NCBI GenBank assembly: GCA_900317755.1
Contig: ONHZ01000008.1
Location: forward strand, 14,832-78,831
Length of the DNA: 64,000 bases
Direction: 5' to 3'
From: an uncultured Lachnospiraceae bacterium
Lineage (GTDB): Bacteria > Bacillota > Clostridia > Lachnospirales > Lachnospiraceae
In this document: piece by piece, positions 45,883 through 54,818 of the stretch
Position numbering within the stretch: the first letter of the stretch is position 1
Layout: each line of letters starts with the position of its first letter
Notes under the pieces: generated by a model
Databases searched by the model: none
What the model saw: only the letters and a program-made list of their open reading frames with translations
Told to the model about the DNA's origin: nothing
Position numbers and translations under genes: made by a program

Positions 45883-47441
45883 TTTGCAAGCCTTTCTTTT
45901 AAATCACTATAGGTAAGATGGTATTTCCTTGCAATATCCTCGGCATAGGCAATGCCATCCGAAGCCCTGCGTGAAATATGATAGCTCCGCTCACCCGGAA
46001 TATCCTTATTTATCCCGGCAACATAGCTTACCGTATGCTCATCAAATGTCGAAAGTTCATCAAGGAAGGTGACTGAAAGTGCAAGGCATCCTTTTTCAGA
46101 AAGATCCTTCATCATAATTCTTCCAAGCTCAAGTGCATCCTTCAGTGTCGTAGAAGAAAATATTTCATTAATAATAAGTACGCTTCGATTTGTGGTCTTT
46201 TCAAGAATGGATTTTAACCTTATGAGTTCATCCTTTAATTTACCATCGTGAGCCACTGCATTTTCTTCCATATTAAAATGCGTGAAGATGTGATCGGGAA
46301 GGAACATCTTTGCTGCGCTCCCTGGTACTGAAAGCCCCAGCGATGCAAGATAGAAAAACTGGCCAAAGCTTCTTGCAAATGTAGTCTTGCCTCCCTGGTT
46401 CGGACCGGTAAGGACGATGATCTTTTCAGGAGAATGAAGTTCAAAGCTGTTTGTCACAGGATGATTTTCTTCGAATACGAGATTTCTCGCAAGCACTAGG
46501 TCAAAACAATCTTGGCAGAAAACATCCGTCGTATCGTTTGAAATTTCCGGATAACAGAAAGAAAGTCCTGTCCTTTTTACAGATGAAATATAAGTCTGCC
46601 AGGAAAGATAAAAATGAACTTCACGTGAAAAACGGCTGACAGTCTTGTCATTAAAATAAAGATGCTTTGTAATAAATTCATCTAATTCCTTGAATACATC
46701 CTTATTCCACTGGGCAATCATGGAATATAAGTCACGGCTCACATTCGGGGAAATCCTGCTCTCACTCATATGCTCGCTCGTATATCTTTTTTCACCATTG
46801 ATATTGAATCGCGAAAAGAGGCTCTCAATCTCAGTATTCATATTCCGCTGGTCATCAAATGGTCGGATATTGACTGTCCTGTCGCTCACGCGCATGACGA
46901 CGTTAATATTCTGAAATTTTCCAATGAGATCCTTCGTATCACGGTAAAAATCCTGGAAATCAGGTGATGAAGCATAGTCTGCCAGGTATTCATTAAAAGC
47001 CCGAAGGCCCCTCGAAAGAATCCGCTTGCCTCTCACGAAATTTGCCATATTCAAGATAATACGGCAGTACCTGTTCGCAAGCCCGAGTGCACCTGCCTTC
47101 AGGTAGTAATCATTCTCAAATCCATGAAGCTTGGAGAGCTTCGTCTGAATCTCTGCCATCTTCTCTTCCGTCTCGTTTATGTTCTCGGCGAAAGAATGAT
47201 AAAGCTCAAAAAAATCCGCATTGTCAAAATCCCTGCAGATTTCCTGGCGATACCTTACCGCCTCAATATCCGTAAGCGGCTGATAATAGACATCGGAAAA
47301 GCCATAGGCTTCATTTGACTTTATGAGCTTATCAAATACCTGGTCAAGATTCAGATTCAAGAATTTTCTCTCACCAGAATCTTCTTTTTCACTACCTTCA
47401 ACCTGTGGAGATTCATAGAGAATACTGTAAAATTCCTTCAT
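45879..47441 (-). CDS. MutS-family ABC ATPase lacking mismatch-binding and nuclease domains (paralog A)
   Basis: Walker A is GPNQGGKTTF, the MutS-like region is DGKLKDELIRL, and Walker B is VLIINE. The N-terminal ~330 aa is helical and carries no domain I motif. Confidence 0.8.
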   Translation of the reverse strand: MKEFYSILYESPQVEGSEKEDSGERKFLNLNLDQVFDKLIKSNEAYGFSDVYYQPLTDIEAVRYRQEICRDFDNADFFELYHSFAENINETEEKMAEIQTKLSKLHGFENDYYLKAGALGLANRYCRIILNMANFVRGKRILSRGLRAFNEYLADYASSPDFQDFYRDTKDLIGKFQNINVVMRVSDRTVNIRPFDDQRNMNTEIESLFSRFNINGEKRYTSEHMSESRISPNVSRDLYSMIAQWNKDVFKELDEFITKHLYFNDKTVSRFSREVHFYLSWQTYISSVKRTGLSFCYPEISNDTTDVFCQDCFDLVLARNLVFEENHPVTNSFELHSPEKIIVLTGPNQGGKTTFARSFGQFFYLASLGLSVPGSAAKMFLPDHIFTHFNMEENAVAHDGKLKDELIRLKSILEKTTNRSVLIINEIFSSTTLKDALELGRIMMKDLSEKGCLALSVTFLDELSTFDEHTVSYVAGINKDIPGERSYHISRRASDGIAYAEDIARKYHLTYSDLKERLAK

Positions 47442-47495
47442 TTAGTCCCCTTTTATCACAATATTTTCTTTATAAACAATGGTAATATATCCCAA

Positions 47496-47535
47496 AACAT
47501 ATTGCCATTTTCATTGAAAAAAAAGCAATATTGTT
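47496..47535 (-). terminator. imperfect inverted repeat between the kinase operon and the MutS-like operon (weak terminator or operator)
   Basis: AACATATTGC / GCAATATTGTT arms with a 19-nt loop. On the minus strand they are followed by TTTGGG. Confidence 0.3.
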
Positions 47536-47595
47536 TTCATAAAACTTATGATAATACGAGAACAAAAAATAAACAAGTTAAAAAAACTGAATTAT

Positions 47596-49101
47596 TTAAT
47601 ATTTTCTATTTACACTTGATAACCGTTCAAAAGCCGAAAATATAAGGAAGACGGCAAATGCCATCACAATAAAAAATATGGCAAAATTCTGATTTACTGT
47701 AACCGAAAAAAGTCCTGGATTTGCAATTTCTGACGAAAGATAGGTCACTGTAATAAGCATCGTAAGAAAAAACGGAACCGCCTTGATCATCCATTCAGAT
47801 GAGAACAGCAAAAGTAAAAATATTAATTTCCAGATAGAAAACCCAGTCGAAAAAATCAGAAATGCATCAAAAATATAAATAAACAGACTGATAAAAGTAT
47901 CTGCATTTTTTTGAATAATTGAGATAAAGAAATCTACAATGAAAATCACAAGCAATATCTTTATTATTGTACTTTGACAGACGGTCTCAAAAAGCTGAAC
48001 CCATACTGGCTCGACTGAAATATCCTTTGGAGCAGAATAACATAGGAAAACTGCCGCTACGGTAAGCATAATAAAACCTGCGAATGCAAAATAACTTCTA
48101 TTATTTATGGCAGCACCCATGGGCTTATGAAAGATCAGTTTTCGAAGTTCATGAATGACTTCATCCATTGACTGGTACCGGTCATCAGGATCATAAGCTG
48201 TCATTTTTAAGATTATTTTTGAAAAAGCTTCAGAAGCTTTTGACGGAGCAGGAAATTCTGTATCTCGCGAATACTGTTTCTCGATACATGGACTGCTTTC
48301 GTCAGAAAATGGAAATCGCATTTTATTCATCAGGACATAGAGTACCATGCCAAGCGAATATTCATCAATAAGTGAGTCATATTCTTCCTCACCATTTATT
48401 TTTAATACCTCAGGCGCAGCATAACCATTTGTATATATTGTCGTCTCAGCAAGTCCGGTCTCTGTCACCTTTGACATACCAAAATCGCCAAGACAGTATT
48501 TCTTCATGCTCTCATGATAAAAAATATTTTCAGGCTTGATGTCCCTGTGAATCATGCCTTTCTTATGAATGTCCCTGAGTGCTAATGCAATATCAAATGC
48601 AAGCGAAAGCACTTCCTTCTCGTTGCCATTATTTAATGCATCCGGCACAAAAAAACTTCTGCCATTTTTCCGGTACTGTTTTATCGGAACAAGTTTCTCC
48701 ATCAGGATGAATTGAAGGCGAAGAGACTTGGTCTCTGTATTATTACTTACATTCCCGGCCTTTATGGAAGTAATCTGATCTGAATCATCGAAGCCAATAT
48801 TTAGCTCGATAAATTTGTAAATATGAATAATATGAAAGGTCACGAAACCCTTGACATGATTTATATTCTCTCCAAAGCCATTTTTATCATAGTTCTGCCC
48901 GTTGAAACCAATCACCTTCAACGCATATTCAGTATCCGGCTTTCCTTTCTTCTGAACAGCATAAATAAAAGCAGATGAACCCTTTCCTATTTCTATAGGA
49001 AATCCGTTTTCTCTTTTCAGAGAATAATCAGAAAAAGGGTATCCCTGCTTTTCAAGTTCATTAAGAATTGAATTTCTTTCAGCTCTATTCCAAATTTCCA
49101 T
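47596..49101 (-). CDS. Hanks-type Ser/Thr protein kinase with a C-terminal polytopic membrane domain
   Basis: GKGSSAFIY (Gly loop), YALKVI (Lys), HRDIKPENIF, GDFGMSK, and GYAAPE. These are followed by about 6 hydrophobic helices with no PASTA repeats. Confidence 0.85.
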   Translation of the reverse strand: MEIWNRAERNSILNELEKQGYPFSDYSLKRENGFPIEIGKGSSAFIYAVQKKGKPDTEYALKVIGFNGQNYDKNGFGENINHVKGFVTFHIIHIYKFIELNIGFDDSDQITSIKAGNVSNNTETKSLRLQFILMEKLVPIKQYRKNGRSFFVPDALNNGNEKEVLSLAFDIALALRDIHKKGMIHRDIKPENIFYHESMKKYCLGDFGMSKVTETGLAETTIYTNGYAAPEVLKINGEEEYDSLIDEYSLGMVLYVLMNKMRFPFSDESSPCIEKQYSRDTEFPAPSKASEAFSKIILKMTAYDPDDRYQSMDEVIHELRKLIFHKPMGAAINNRSYFAFAGFIMLTVAAVFLCYSAPKDISVEPVWVQLFETVCQSTIIKILLVIFIVDFFISIIQKNADTFISLFIYIFDAFLIFSTGFSIWKLIFLLLLFSSEWMIKAVPFFLTMLITVTYLSSEIANPGLFSVTVNQNFAIFFIVMAFAVFLIFSAFERLSSVNRKY

Positions 49102-49104
49102 AAA

Positions 49105-49659
49105 TCATTTTTTCTGAAAGAGATTCAGATTGCCTTTAAGAAAGAGAATATTATTAGAAACCAGGAACATACCATCTAATGTTCTTTTGAATGCATATAA
49201 TCCCAGATCCTTAAGTTCAAAATTTATATTGCCATCATTTACTACGAAATCGTTTCTGTTCGTAATATCATATATACGCCAGTCCTCGTCATAGTCCTTC
49301 TTCAGGAATACAGCAAAAATCAGAAATCCTGACAGATAAAAGCTGTCGCCACTGCCGAAGACAAGTGTAAATGAATCATCCATAATCTTTGGTGAACGCC
49401 GTCCATCGAAGCCGGCATTTATCTTTTTTCCATTTAAATAAGTACCATTCAGACTATTTAAATCAGTGTAAAACCAGATGCCGTCCTTCATCTCAAATAC
49501 GCCCTGCTCACGGCTGACTGTCTTCAGGCTGACAGAAATATCCGGATGATTGTCCTCAGTCTGCCTGCCGACAGTCCATCTAGGCTTCTCATCGAGATTG
49601 TACTCTTTGATTCTTCCACTCTCCAATACAAGTAATTTGTTGCATGAGATTTCACTCAT
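49105..49659 (-). CDS. FHA domain protein
   Basis: WTVGRQ ... SREQGVF ... SLNGTYLNGKKI carries the FHA GR / SxxH-like / NG signature. The C-terminal ~80 aa is unassigned. Confidence 0.8.
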   Translation of the reverse strand: MSEISCNKLLVLESGRIKEYNLDEKPRWTVGRQTEDNHPDISVSLKTVSREQGVFEMKDGIWFYTDLNSLNGTYLNGKKINAGFDGRRSPKIMDDSFTLVFGSGDSFYLSGFLIFAVFLKKDYDEDWRIYDITNRNDFVVNDGNINFELKDLGLYAFKRTLDGMFLVSNNILFLKGNLNLFQKK

Positions 49660-50680
49660 CGTTTATGCCCTCCAATTCTTTCAAAAAATCCTTGACTTCC
49701 GGATCATCAAATTCACGGAAAATATCAAGCGTATATCGCAATAAATCATCTGGATCAAAATAGTTTTCTGAACTGTTCTGGTTCGTTTCAAAATGACTGT
49801 CCGGACGAAGCCTGCCCTCCATCTCTGCACTGTCAAGTGCAAACATAATCAGCCCTTCAAATGTATTTTTTGAATAAAGCGGCTCCATATGTGCAAGCTG
49901 TAAAAGCTCGTCAACCTCCTCATGCGTCATGCTGAGATGAATGCCAAGAGAAATGATCTTGTTCCTGTTTGGATGCCAGGTGCCATTCTTTATTTCATAA
50001 ACTGTATGCTTTAGTGATGATGACCATCCCTGTCCCAAAGAAAGTTTCTCAACATTTTCAGTATAATTTGCTGCAATAAACATATTTACCGCTGCAAAGA
50101 GCTTTGAATATGCTTTTGAAAAAACGTTGCTATTTTCAATGATAAACCGCTGCAATGCATCCTCATTCCTGACTTCGTACAGCTTTTGATTAACGATTTC
50201 TGTACTGATATCCGGAGAATCGCTTCCTTCTATATTTAACGTCTCGGCATTTATTTTTTCAAGAATCTCATCGTATTTTTCAGACCTGGTTTCAGGCGGC
50301 TCGTTCTTTATTACATAAATCGCCACACAATCACCCAGCGTCTTTGAATAAAGTTCCGAATACCGTCCATATCTCGTAAGGAGCTTATTTGTCTCTGGCA
50401 GATCATATCCTGCCACAAGCGCAACTTCAATAAATTTCTCCCTGTCTCTAGGTATAGACCCTTTCAGCCATTTGTCAAGCATTACACGGCTCACATGGCA
50501 TTTCTCTGCAAATACCTTCTTTGAAAGTGGACTTTCACTTACGATTTCATTAATCTTTTTCTGCCATAGATTTTTCTGATCCTGAATCATGGGTAGCACG
50601 ACCTCCTTCAGTTCATCGATGTCTTCACATCTGGAAATCTGATCCTTCACAAAAATTGTTTCATTTGAGATATTTATCAT
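49652..50680 (-). CDS. HTH-containing protein with two internally repeated modules
   Basis: LSKKVFAEKCHVSRVMLDKWLKG resembles an XRE-type HTH. A second related module lies around residues 215-285. Its stop overlaps the FHA gene start by 8 nt. Confidence 0.6.
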   Translation of the reverse strand: MINISNETIFVKDQISRCEDIDELKEVVLPMIQDQKNLWQKKINEIVSESPLSKKVFAEKCHVSRVMLDKWLKGSIPRDREKFIEVALVAGYDLPETNKLLTRYGRYSELYSKTLGDCVAIYVIKNEPPETRSEKYDEILEKINAETLNIEGSDSPDISTEIVNQKLYEVRNEDALQRFIIENSNVFSKAYSKLFAAVNMFIAANYTENVEKLSLGQGWSSSLKHTVYEIKNGTWHPNRNKIISLGIHLSMTHEEVDELLQLAHMEPLYSKNTFEGLIMFALDSAEMEGRLRPDSHFETNQNSSENYFDPDDLLRYTLDIFREFDDPEVKDFLKELEGINDE

Positions 50681-50709
50681 CTCGTGCTCCCATGTTATCA
50701 GAAAAAAGC

Positions 50710-51510
50710 TTATTTATTTTGCAGTTCAAGTTTACTAAGTACTTCGAGCCTGTTATAGTAGCTTGCTATCACAAAAACAAATAATGCAGCAAATATGATG
50801 CCTATATGATAATCGTATATTTTGTGAAGAAATGCAAGATGTCTTGTAATATTTTGAAGATCAAAAAATAAAAGTCCTATACCAAGAGTGGCAAATGCAA
50901 GTGATGCTGTTTTGAATTTTTTATGGATGAAAACCGCTGCAGAAATAAGTATGAGTACAAGCATAATAATATTCCAGAAAGGCAGAGGCTTTGAATGAGG
51001 AATAAAGCCTTCGAAGGATAAAAAAGACAAGATCACTGCAGCAATAAAGTCTTCAATATACTGGACCTGATAGTCTTTTTTAATAATGTCCATTTCCAGA
51101 AGACGCTCTGCTCTCGTAGATGAGTCATTGCAGGACGCTTTCGCTTTTCCGTCACCACCTGCTTGTGCTGTTATGTCACCACTGGCACGTACTGTTTTAT
51201 CACCAATGGCCTGTACTGTTCCGTTGCCAATTACCTGTGCTGTTTCATTACCATCATTAATTTCCTGCGCCAATCCAACAGCATCGGTTTCAAAGCTCCT
51301 CTGTTTTTTATAGAACTCAAAATTAGAAAAAATCTCATGAATCTGATATATGTCCGAGAACCGATACTTCTGTTCAAAAGCACACATTTGGCGCACAAGA
51401 TCATTCAATGAATTTGAAAAACTGCTGCACTGTGGAAAAACATAACCTTTAAAAAATAAACTGCTATACTTCCTACAAATGATTTGGAACTTTTTATTTT
51501 TGTTCCTCAT
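50710..51510 (-). CDS. membrane protein resembling the C-terminal tail of the neighbouring kinase (N-terminally truncated paralog, possibly a remnant)
   Basis: SLNDLVRQMCAFEQKYRFSDIYQIHEI resembles the kinase C-lobe end (compare SKIILKMTAYDPDDRYQSMDEVIHEL in 47596-49101). An 8-aa repeat tract and TM helices follow. There is no catalytic core and no clear RBS. Confidence 0.5.
   Translation of the reverse strand: MRNKNKKFQIICRKYSSLFFKGYVFPQCSSFSNSLNDLVRQMCAFEQKYRFSDIYQIHEIFSNFEFYKKQRSFETDAVGLAQEINDGNETAQVIGNGTVQAIGDKTVRASGDITAQAGGDGKAKASCNDSSTRAERLLEMDIIKKDYQVQYIEDFIAAVILSFLSFEGFIPHSKPLPFWNIIMLVLILISAAVFIHKKFKTASLAFATLGIGLLFFDLQNITRHLAFLHKIYDYHIGIIFAALFVFVIASYYNRLEVLSKLELQNK
51133..51252 (-). 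repeat. five tandem 24-nt (8-aa) repeats inside the 50710-51510 ORF
   Basis: The protein reads GNETAQVI GNGTVQAI GDKTVRAS GDITAQAG GDGKAKAS. Confidence 0.75.
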
Positions 51511-51579
51511 TCATTTGATAGTTGAAGTATAGCAGTAATTTTTTAAGGGTTTTTCAGCTGAAGTTTACACTAGAAGCAT

Positions 51580-51771
51580 TCAGTGCACGTATCTTGCCCT
51601 GTATTCCATATTGATGTCTTTGATTTCCTTCTCACCATTGATGTAGGCTTCATACATGTCTGCCTGACCGCAGGCACCACAGCCATCACATGAACCACAG
51701 CCACCAAGGGCTTCAGAAACTATTTTTGCCCGCTCTTCTCGAGTAGTATCCTTTATCAATATACTCTGCAT
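51580..51771 (-). CDS. hypothetical 63-aa protein with a CGSCDGCGACG cluster
   Basis: MQSILIKDTTREERAKIVSEALGGCGSCDGCGACGQADMYEAYINGEKEIKDINMEYRARYVH. There is a GGAGG RBS, and the start was moved from 51879. Confidence 0.55.
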   Translation of the reverse strand: MQSILIKDTTREERAKIVSEALGGCGSCDGCGACGQADMYEAYINGEKEIKDINMEYRARYVH

Positions 51772-51799
51772 TATTCTGCCTCCAAAACACACGCCCAAA

Positions 51800-53143
51800 T
51801 TATCTCTTATTCGACTTCCTCCAGATATGTGCCTTCTCAGCATCAGCGATGAGCTCGTCACGAAGATCTGGATGTGCAATGCCGATGAGGGCTTCTGCTC
51901 TCTGCCATGTGGTCATGCCCTTTAAGTTTACCATGCCGTACTCTGTTACGATGTACATGGTATTTGCTCTTGTGTCTGTGACAACTGTTCCGTTGTCAAG
52001 TGTAGGAAGGATACGGCTCTTCAATTCACCTGTATGCTTATCCTTGAAGGTAGATGAAAGGCAGATGAATGACTTGCCGCCCTTTGAAAGATAAGCACCG
52101 ATGACGAAATCAAGCTGTCCGCCTGCACCGGAAATCTGACGCATACCTGCCGTCTCTGCACCGACCTGACCATAGAGATCGATATTGATTGCATTATTAA
52201 TAGAAATGAAATTATCAATCTTTGCGATATTGTACATATCGTTTGTGTAATTTACAGGAGCAGCCATACATGATGGGTTGTCATCAAGGAAATCATAGAG
52301 TTTCTGTGAGCCTGATGCGAATGCGTAGGTCTGACGGTAGCGGTCGATATTCTTGTGCGCGCCTGTAATCTTGCCAGCCTCTGTAAGGTCAACGAAGGCA
52401 TCTACATACATCTCAGTATGAACGCCGAGGTCCTTCAGGTCAGACTCTGCAATCATCTTTCCGACTGCATTTGGCATACCGCCGATACCAAGCTGGAGGC
52501 AGGCACCATTAGGGATTTCATTTACAATCATCTCAGCAACCTTCTTGTCGACGTCAGAAGGCTCGCCTGCTGCAGGGATGACATCAAGCGCATCGTCACT
52601 TTCGATAATGTAATCAACATCCTTGATATTTACATCTGTCTCAAAACCGCCAAGACAGCGGGGCATGTTCTTGTTTACTTCTACGATGACTACATCTGAA
52701 ATCTCGATTGCAGCCATAAGGTGTGAAGCGGAAATTCCAAAATTGAAATAGCCGTGCTTGTCCATAGGTGTAGTCATGAGAACGCAGACGTTCATGTGAC
52801 CGATGTTCTCACGGTAATAACGTGGAAGCTCTGAATACTTGATCGGCATATAGAAAGCTGTATCTGTAGCGCAGAGCCTTCTCTCAATACCTGACATATG
52901 AACGGAATTCCATGTGAAGTGCTCTTTCGCATCCTCTCTCTTTAAGACCTCAGGAAGATGCCCTAAAATGCCGCCGTAAAGGTTTACATCATGAAGCTCG
53001 TCAGTCCTCTTTGCAAGAGCCCTGTCAAATGCGAATGGAGTATTCTCCGTAAATCCCATCTGTACGAGGTCGCCGCTCTTTACAATCTTTGCAGCTTCAT
53101 CTGCTGAAATAAGCTTCTTTTTGTATTCCTGTTCAAAATCCAT
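51800..53143 (-). CDS. but: butyryl-CoA:acetate CoA-transferase (acetyl-CoA hydrolase/transferase family)
   Basis: 447 aa starting [25 protein letters not shown]. It resembles my recollection of Roseburia/Eubacterium But enzymes along its length (from memory, no alignment or search run). Start at 53143 behind GGAGG. Confidence 0.85.
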   Translation of the reverse strand: MDFEQEYKKKLISADEAAKIVKSGDLVQMGFTENTPFAFDRALAKRTDELHDVNLYGGILGHLPEVLKREDAKEHFTWNSVHMSGIERRLCATDTAFYMPIKYSELPRYYRENIGHMNVCVLMTTPMDKHGYFNFGISASHLMAAIEISDVVIVEVNKNMPRCLGGFETDVNIKDVDYIIESDDALDVIPAAGEPSDVDKKVAEMIVNEIPNGACLQLGIGGMPNAVGKMIAESDLKDLGVHTEMYVDAFVDLTEAGKITGAHKNIDRYRQTYAFASGSQKLYDFLDDNPSCMAAPVNYTNDMYNIAKIDNFISINNAINIDLYGQVGAETAGMRQISGAGGQLDFVIGAYLSKGGKSFICLSSTFKDKHTGELKSRILPTLDNGTVVTDTRANTMYIVTEYGMVNLKGMTTWQRAEALIGIAHPDLRDELIADAEKAHIWRKSNKR

Positions 53144-53338
53144 TTTCACTGCCTCCAAAAAATAATACTCTGGAACCTGGCGATTCAGAAAATAAAAAAA
53201 TAATCCGAATGCTACAAACAACTCACTAAATTTAGCATTATTTCTAATTAATTTCAATGTTTATAATACATTAAAAAACTGTCAGCTTTACCTGCAGATG
53301 GAAAATCATTCCTGATTTGAATAACAGCTTAATTATTT

Positions 53339-53367
53339 TTGTGCAATCTGGCAAAAAGTGATATAAT
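53339..53367 (+). promoter_or_regulatory. sigma-A promoter of the PucR-family regulator gene
   Basis: TTGTGC, a 17-nt spacer, then TATAAT with an upstream TG. Confidence 0.55.
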
Positions 53368-53540
53368 GCTAAAGCGTTAAAGCATTAAACTCTAATAAAC
53401 ATAATTTTATAATGCTTTGCAAAATAAAGGTTTTGTATTATTTTGGCAACGAAGTCATAAGCTATGATTTCGCTGCCTTTTTTATTGCAACCGCAATACA
53501 GGATTTGTTCGCGGAATGCTTGATAGAAAAGGTGATTGCT

Positions 53541-54716
53541 ATGGCTGTTGAATTACAAAGTCTGATTGAAAAAGTGTCTGATAAAGACCTGGAACTCGTT
53601 GCCGGAAAAGAAGGCATGAATCATCTTGTGACCTGGGTGCATATGGTCGAGACGGTTGATGCAACAACCTTTCTCGAGGGAAATGAGGTCGCAGTTTCGA
53701 CTGGAATAGGGCTTACCAAAGATGAGGATTTCCTGATGCTGATAAAAGCTTTGGTCGAGCATAATGCGGCAGCAATTATCATTAATATCGGTCCCTATGT
53801 AAGCCAGATTCCGCAATCCGTAATAGACTGTTGCAACGAAAATCACCTGCCAATGTTCACAGTTCCATGGAGAGTGCACCTCGCTGAAATCATACGAATT
53901 TTTACTTATGCGATAACAATAAGCGATCAGGAACAACTGGAACTTTCGAATGCCTTTAAGAATGCGATTTTCTTCCCGAATCAGGAAGACCTTTATATTA
54001 TTCCGCTCTCGCACCAGAATTATTCATCATCGTGGGCATATTCTGTCATCTGTGTGCGCGTGATTTCAGCTGCTGCCGCCGCTGAGCGTGCCGAGAAGCT
54101 GGCTCATGCAGCCATCTCCCATATGAAGACAGGCTTTCATAAATTCTGCATTTTCGCATATCAGGATGACATCATCGCCGTAGTCGGCGATTACGACACC
54201 GCCTCCCTCCACGCTTTTGCCGATGAATTCATTTCATTTCTAAAAGACATGCTGTCTGAGAAAGAGGAAATTTATTATGGCGTTGGTAAGATCACAAAGT
54301 CAGCCCGCTGCTTTTACAAGAGCTACAGTCAGGCGCGCGCCATCATGAAGATGCACGAAAAAGGAATCTTCTCTGATGACAAAACCTTCTACGATGAGCT
54401 CGGCGTCTACAAGCTCCTCATGAACATTCACGATTCAGAAATTCTCTATGAATATTACAAAAAAGAACTCGGCGCCCTCGAAAACTATGATACAAATAAC
54501 GGCACCGACTTCTGCAAAAAGTTAAAGGACTTCCTGCTCAAATATAATGGCAGCATCATGGAAATGTCCGATGCTACTTTTATGCCCCAGAACATCATAA
54601 TCGACAATCTAAACAAAATCGGAGAAATCCTGAACCTGGATTTGTACCGGCTTGACGCCCGCACAAGGCTTTCCGTTGCGTTCATGGTAAAGGAAATCCT
54701 GAGCCCGGATGGGTGA
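53541..54716 (+). CDS. PucR family transcriptional regulator
   Basis: N-terminal LVAGKEGMNHLVTWVHMVE purine-catabolism-regulator-like domain, plus a C-terminal PucR-type HTH region. First ATG at 53541. Confidence 0.75.
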   Translation: MAVELQSLIEKVSDKDLELVAGKEGMNHLVTWVHMVETVDATTFLEGNEVAVSTGIGLTKDEDFLMLIKALVEHNAAAIIINIGPYVSQIPQSVIDCCNENHLPMFTVPWRVHLAEIIRIFTYAITISDQEQLELSNAFKNAIFFPNQEDLYIIPLSHQNYSSSWAYSVICVRVISAAAAAERAEKLAHAAISHMKTGFHKFCIFAYQDDIIAVVGDYDTASLHAFADEFISFLKDMLSEKEEIYYGVGKITKSARCFYKSYSQARAIMKMHEKGIFSDDKTFYDELGVYKLLMNIHDSEILYEYYKKELGALENYDTNNGTDFCKKLKDFLLKYNGSIMEMSDATFMPQNIIIDNLNKIGEILNLDLYRLDARTRLSVAFMVKEILSPDG

Positions 54717-54818
54717 TGACACATCATTTTCTGATGAAAAATTGTGTGATTTTTAGTATAATGATGTCTATGGTGCGGATGCACTGTGGGCATTATTTTT
54801 TATTAAGGGGGAAATATC

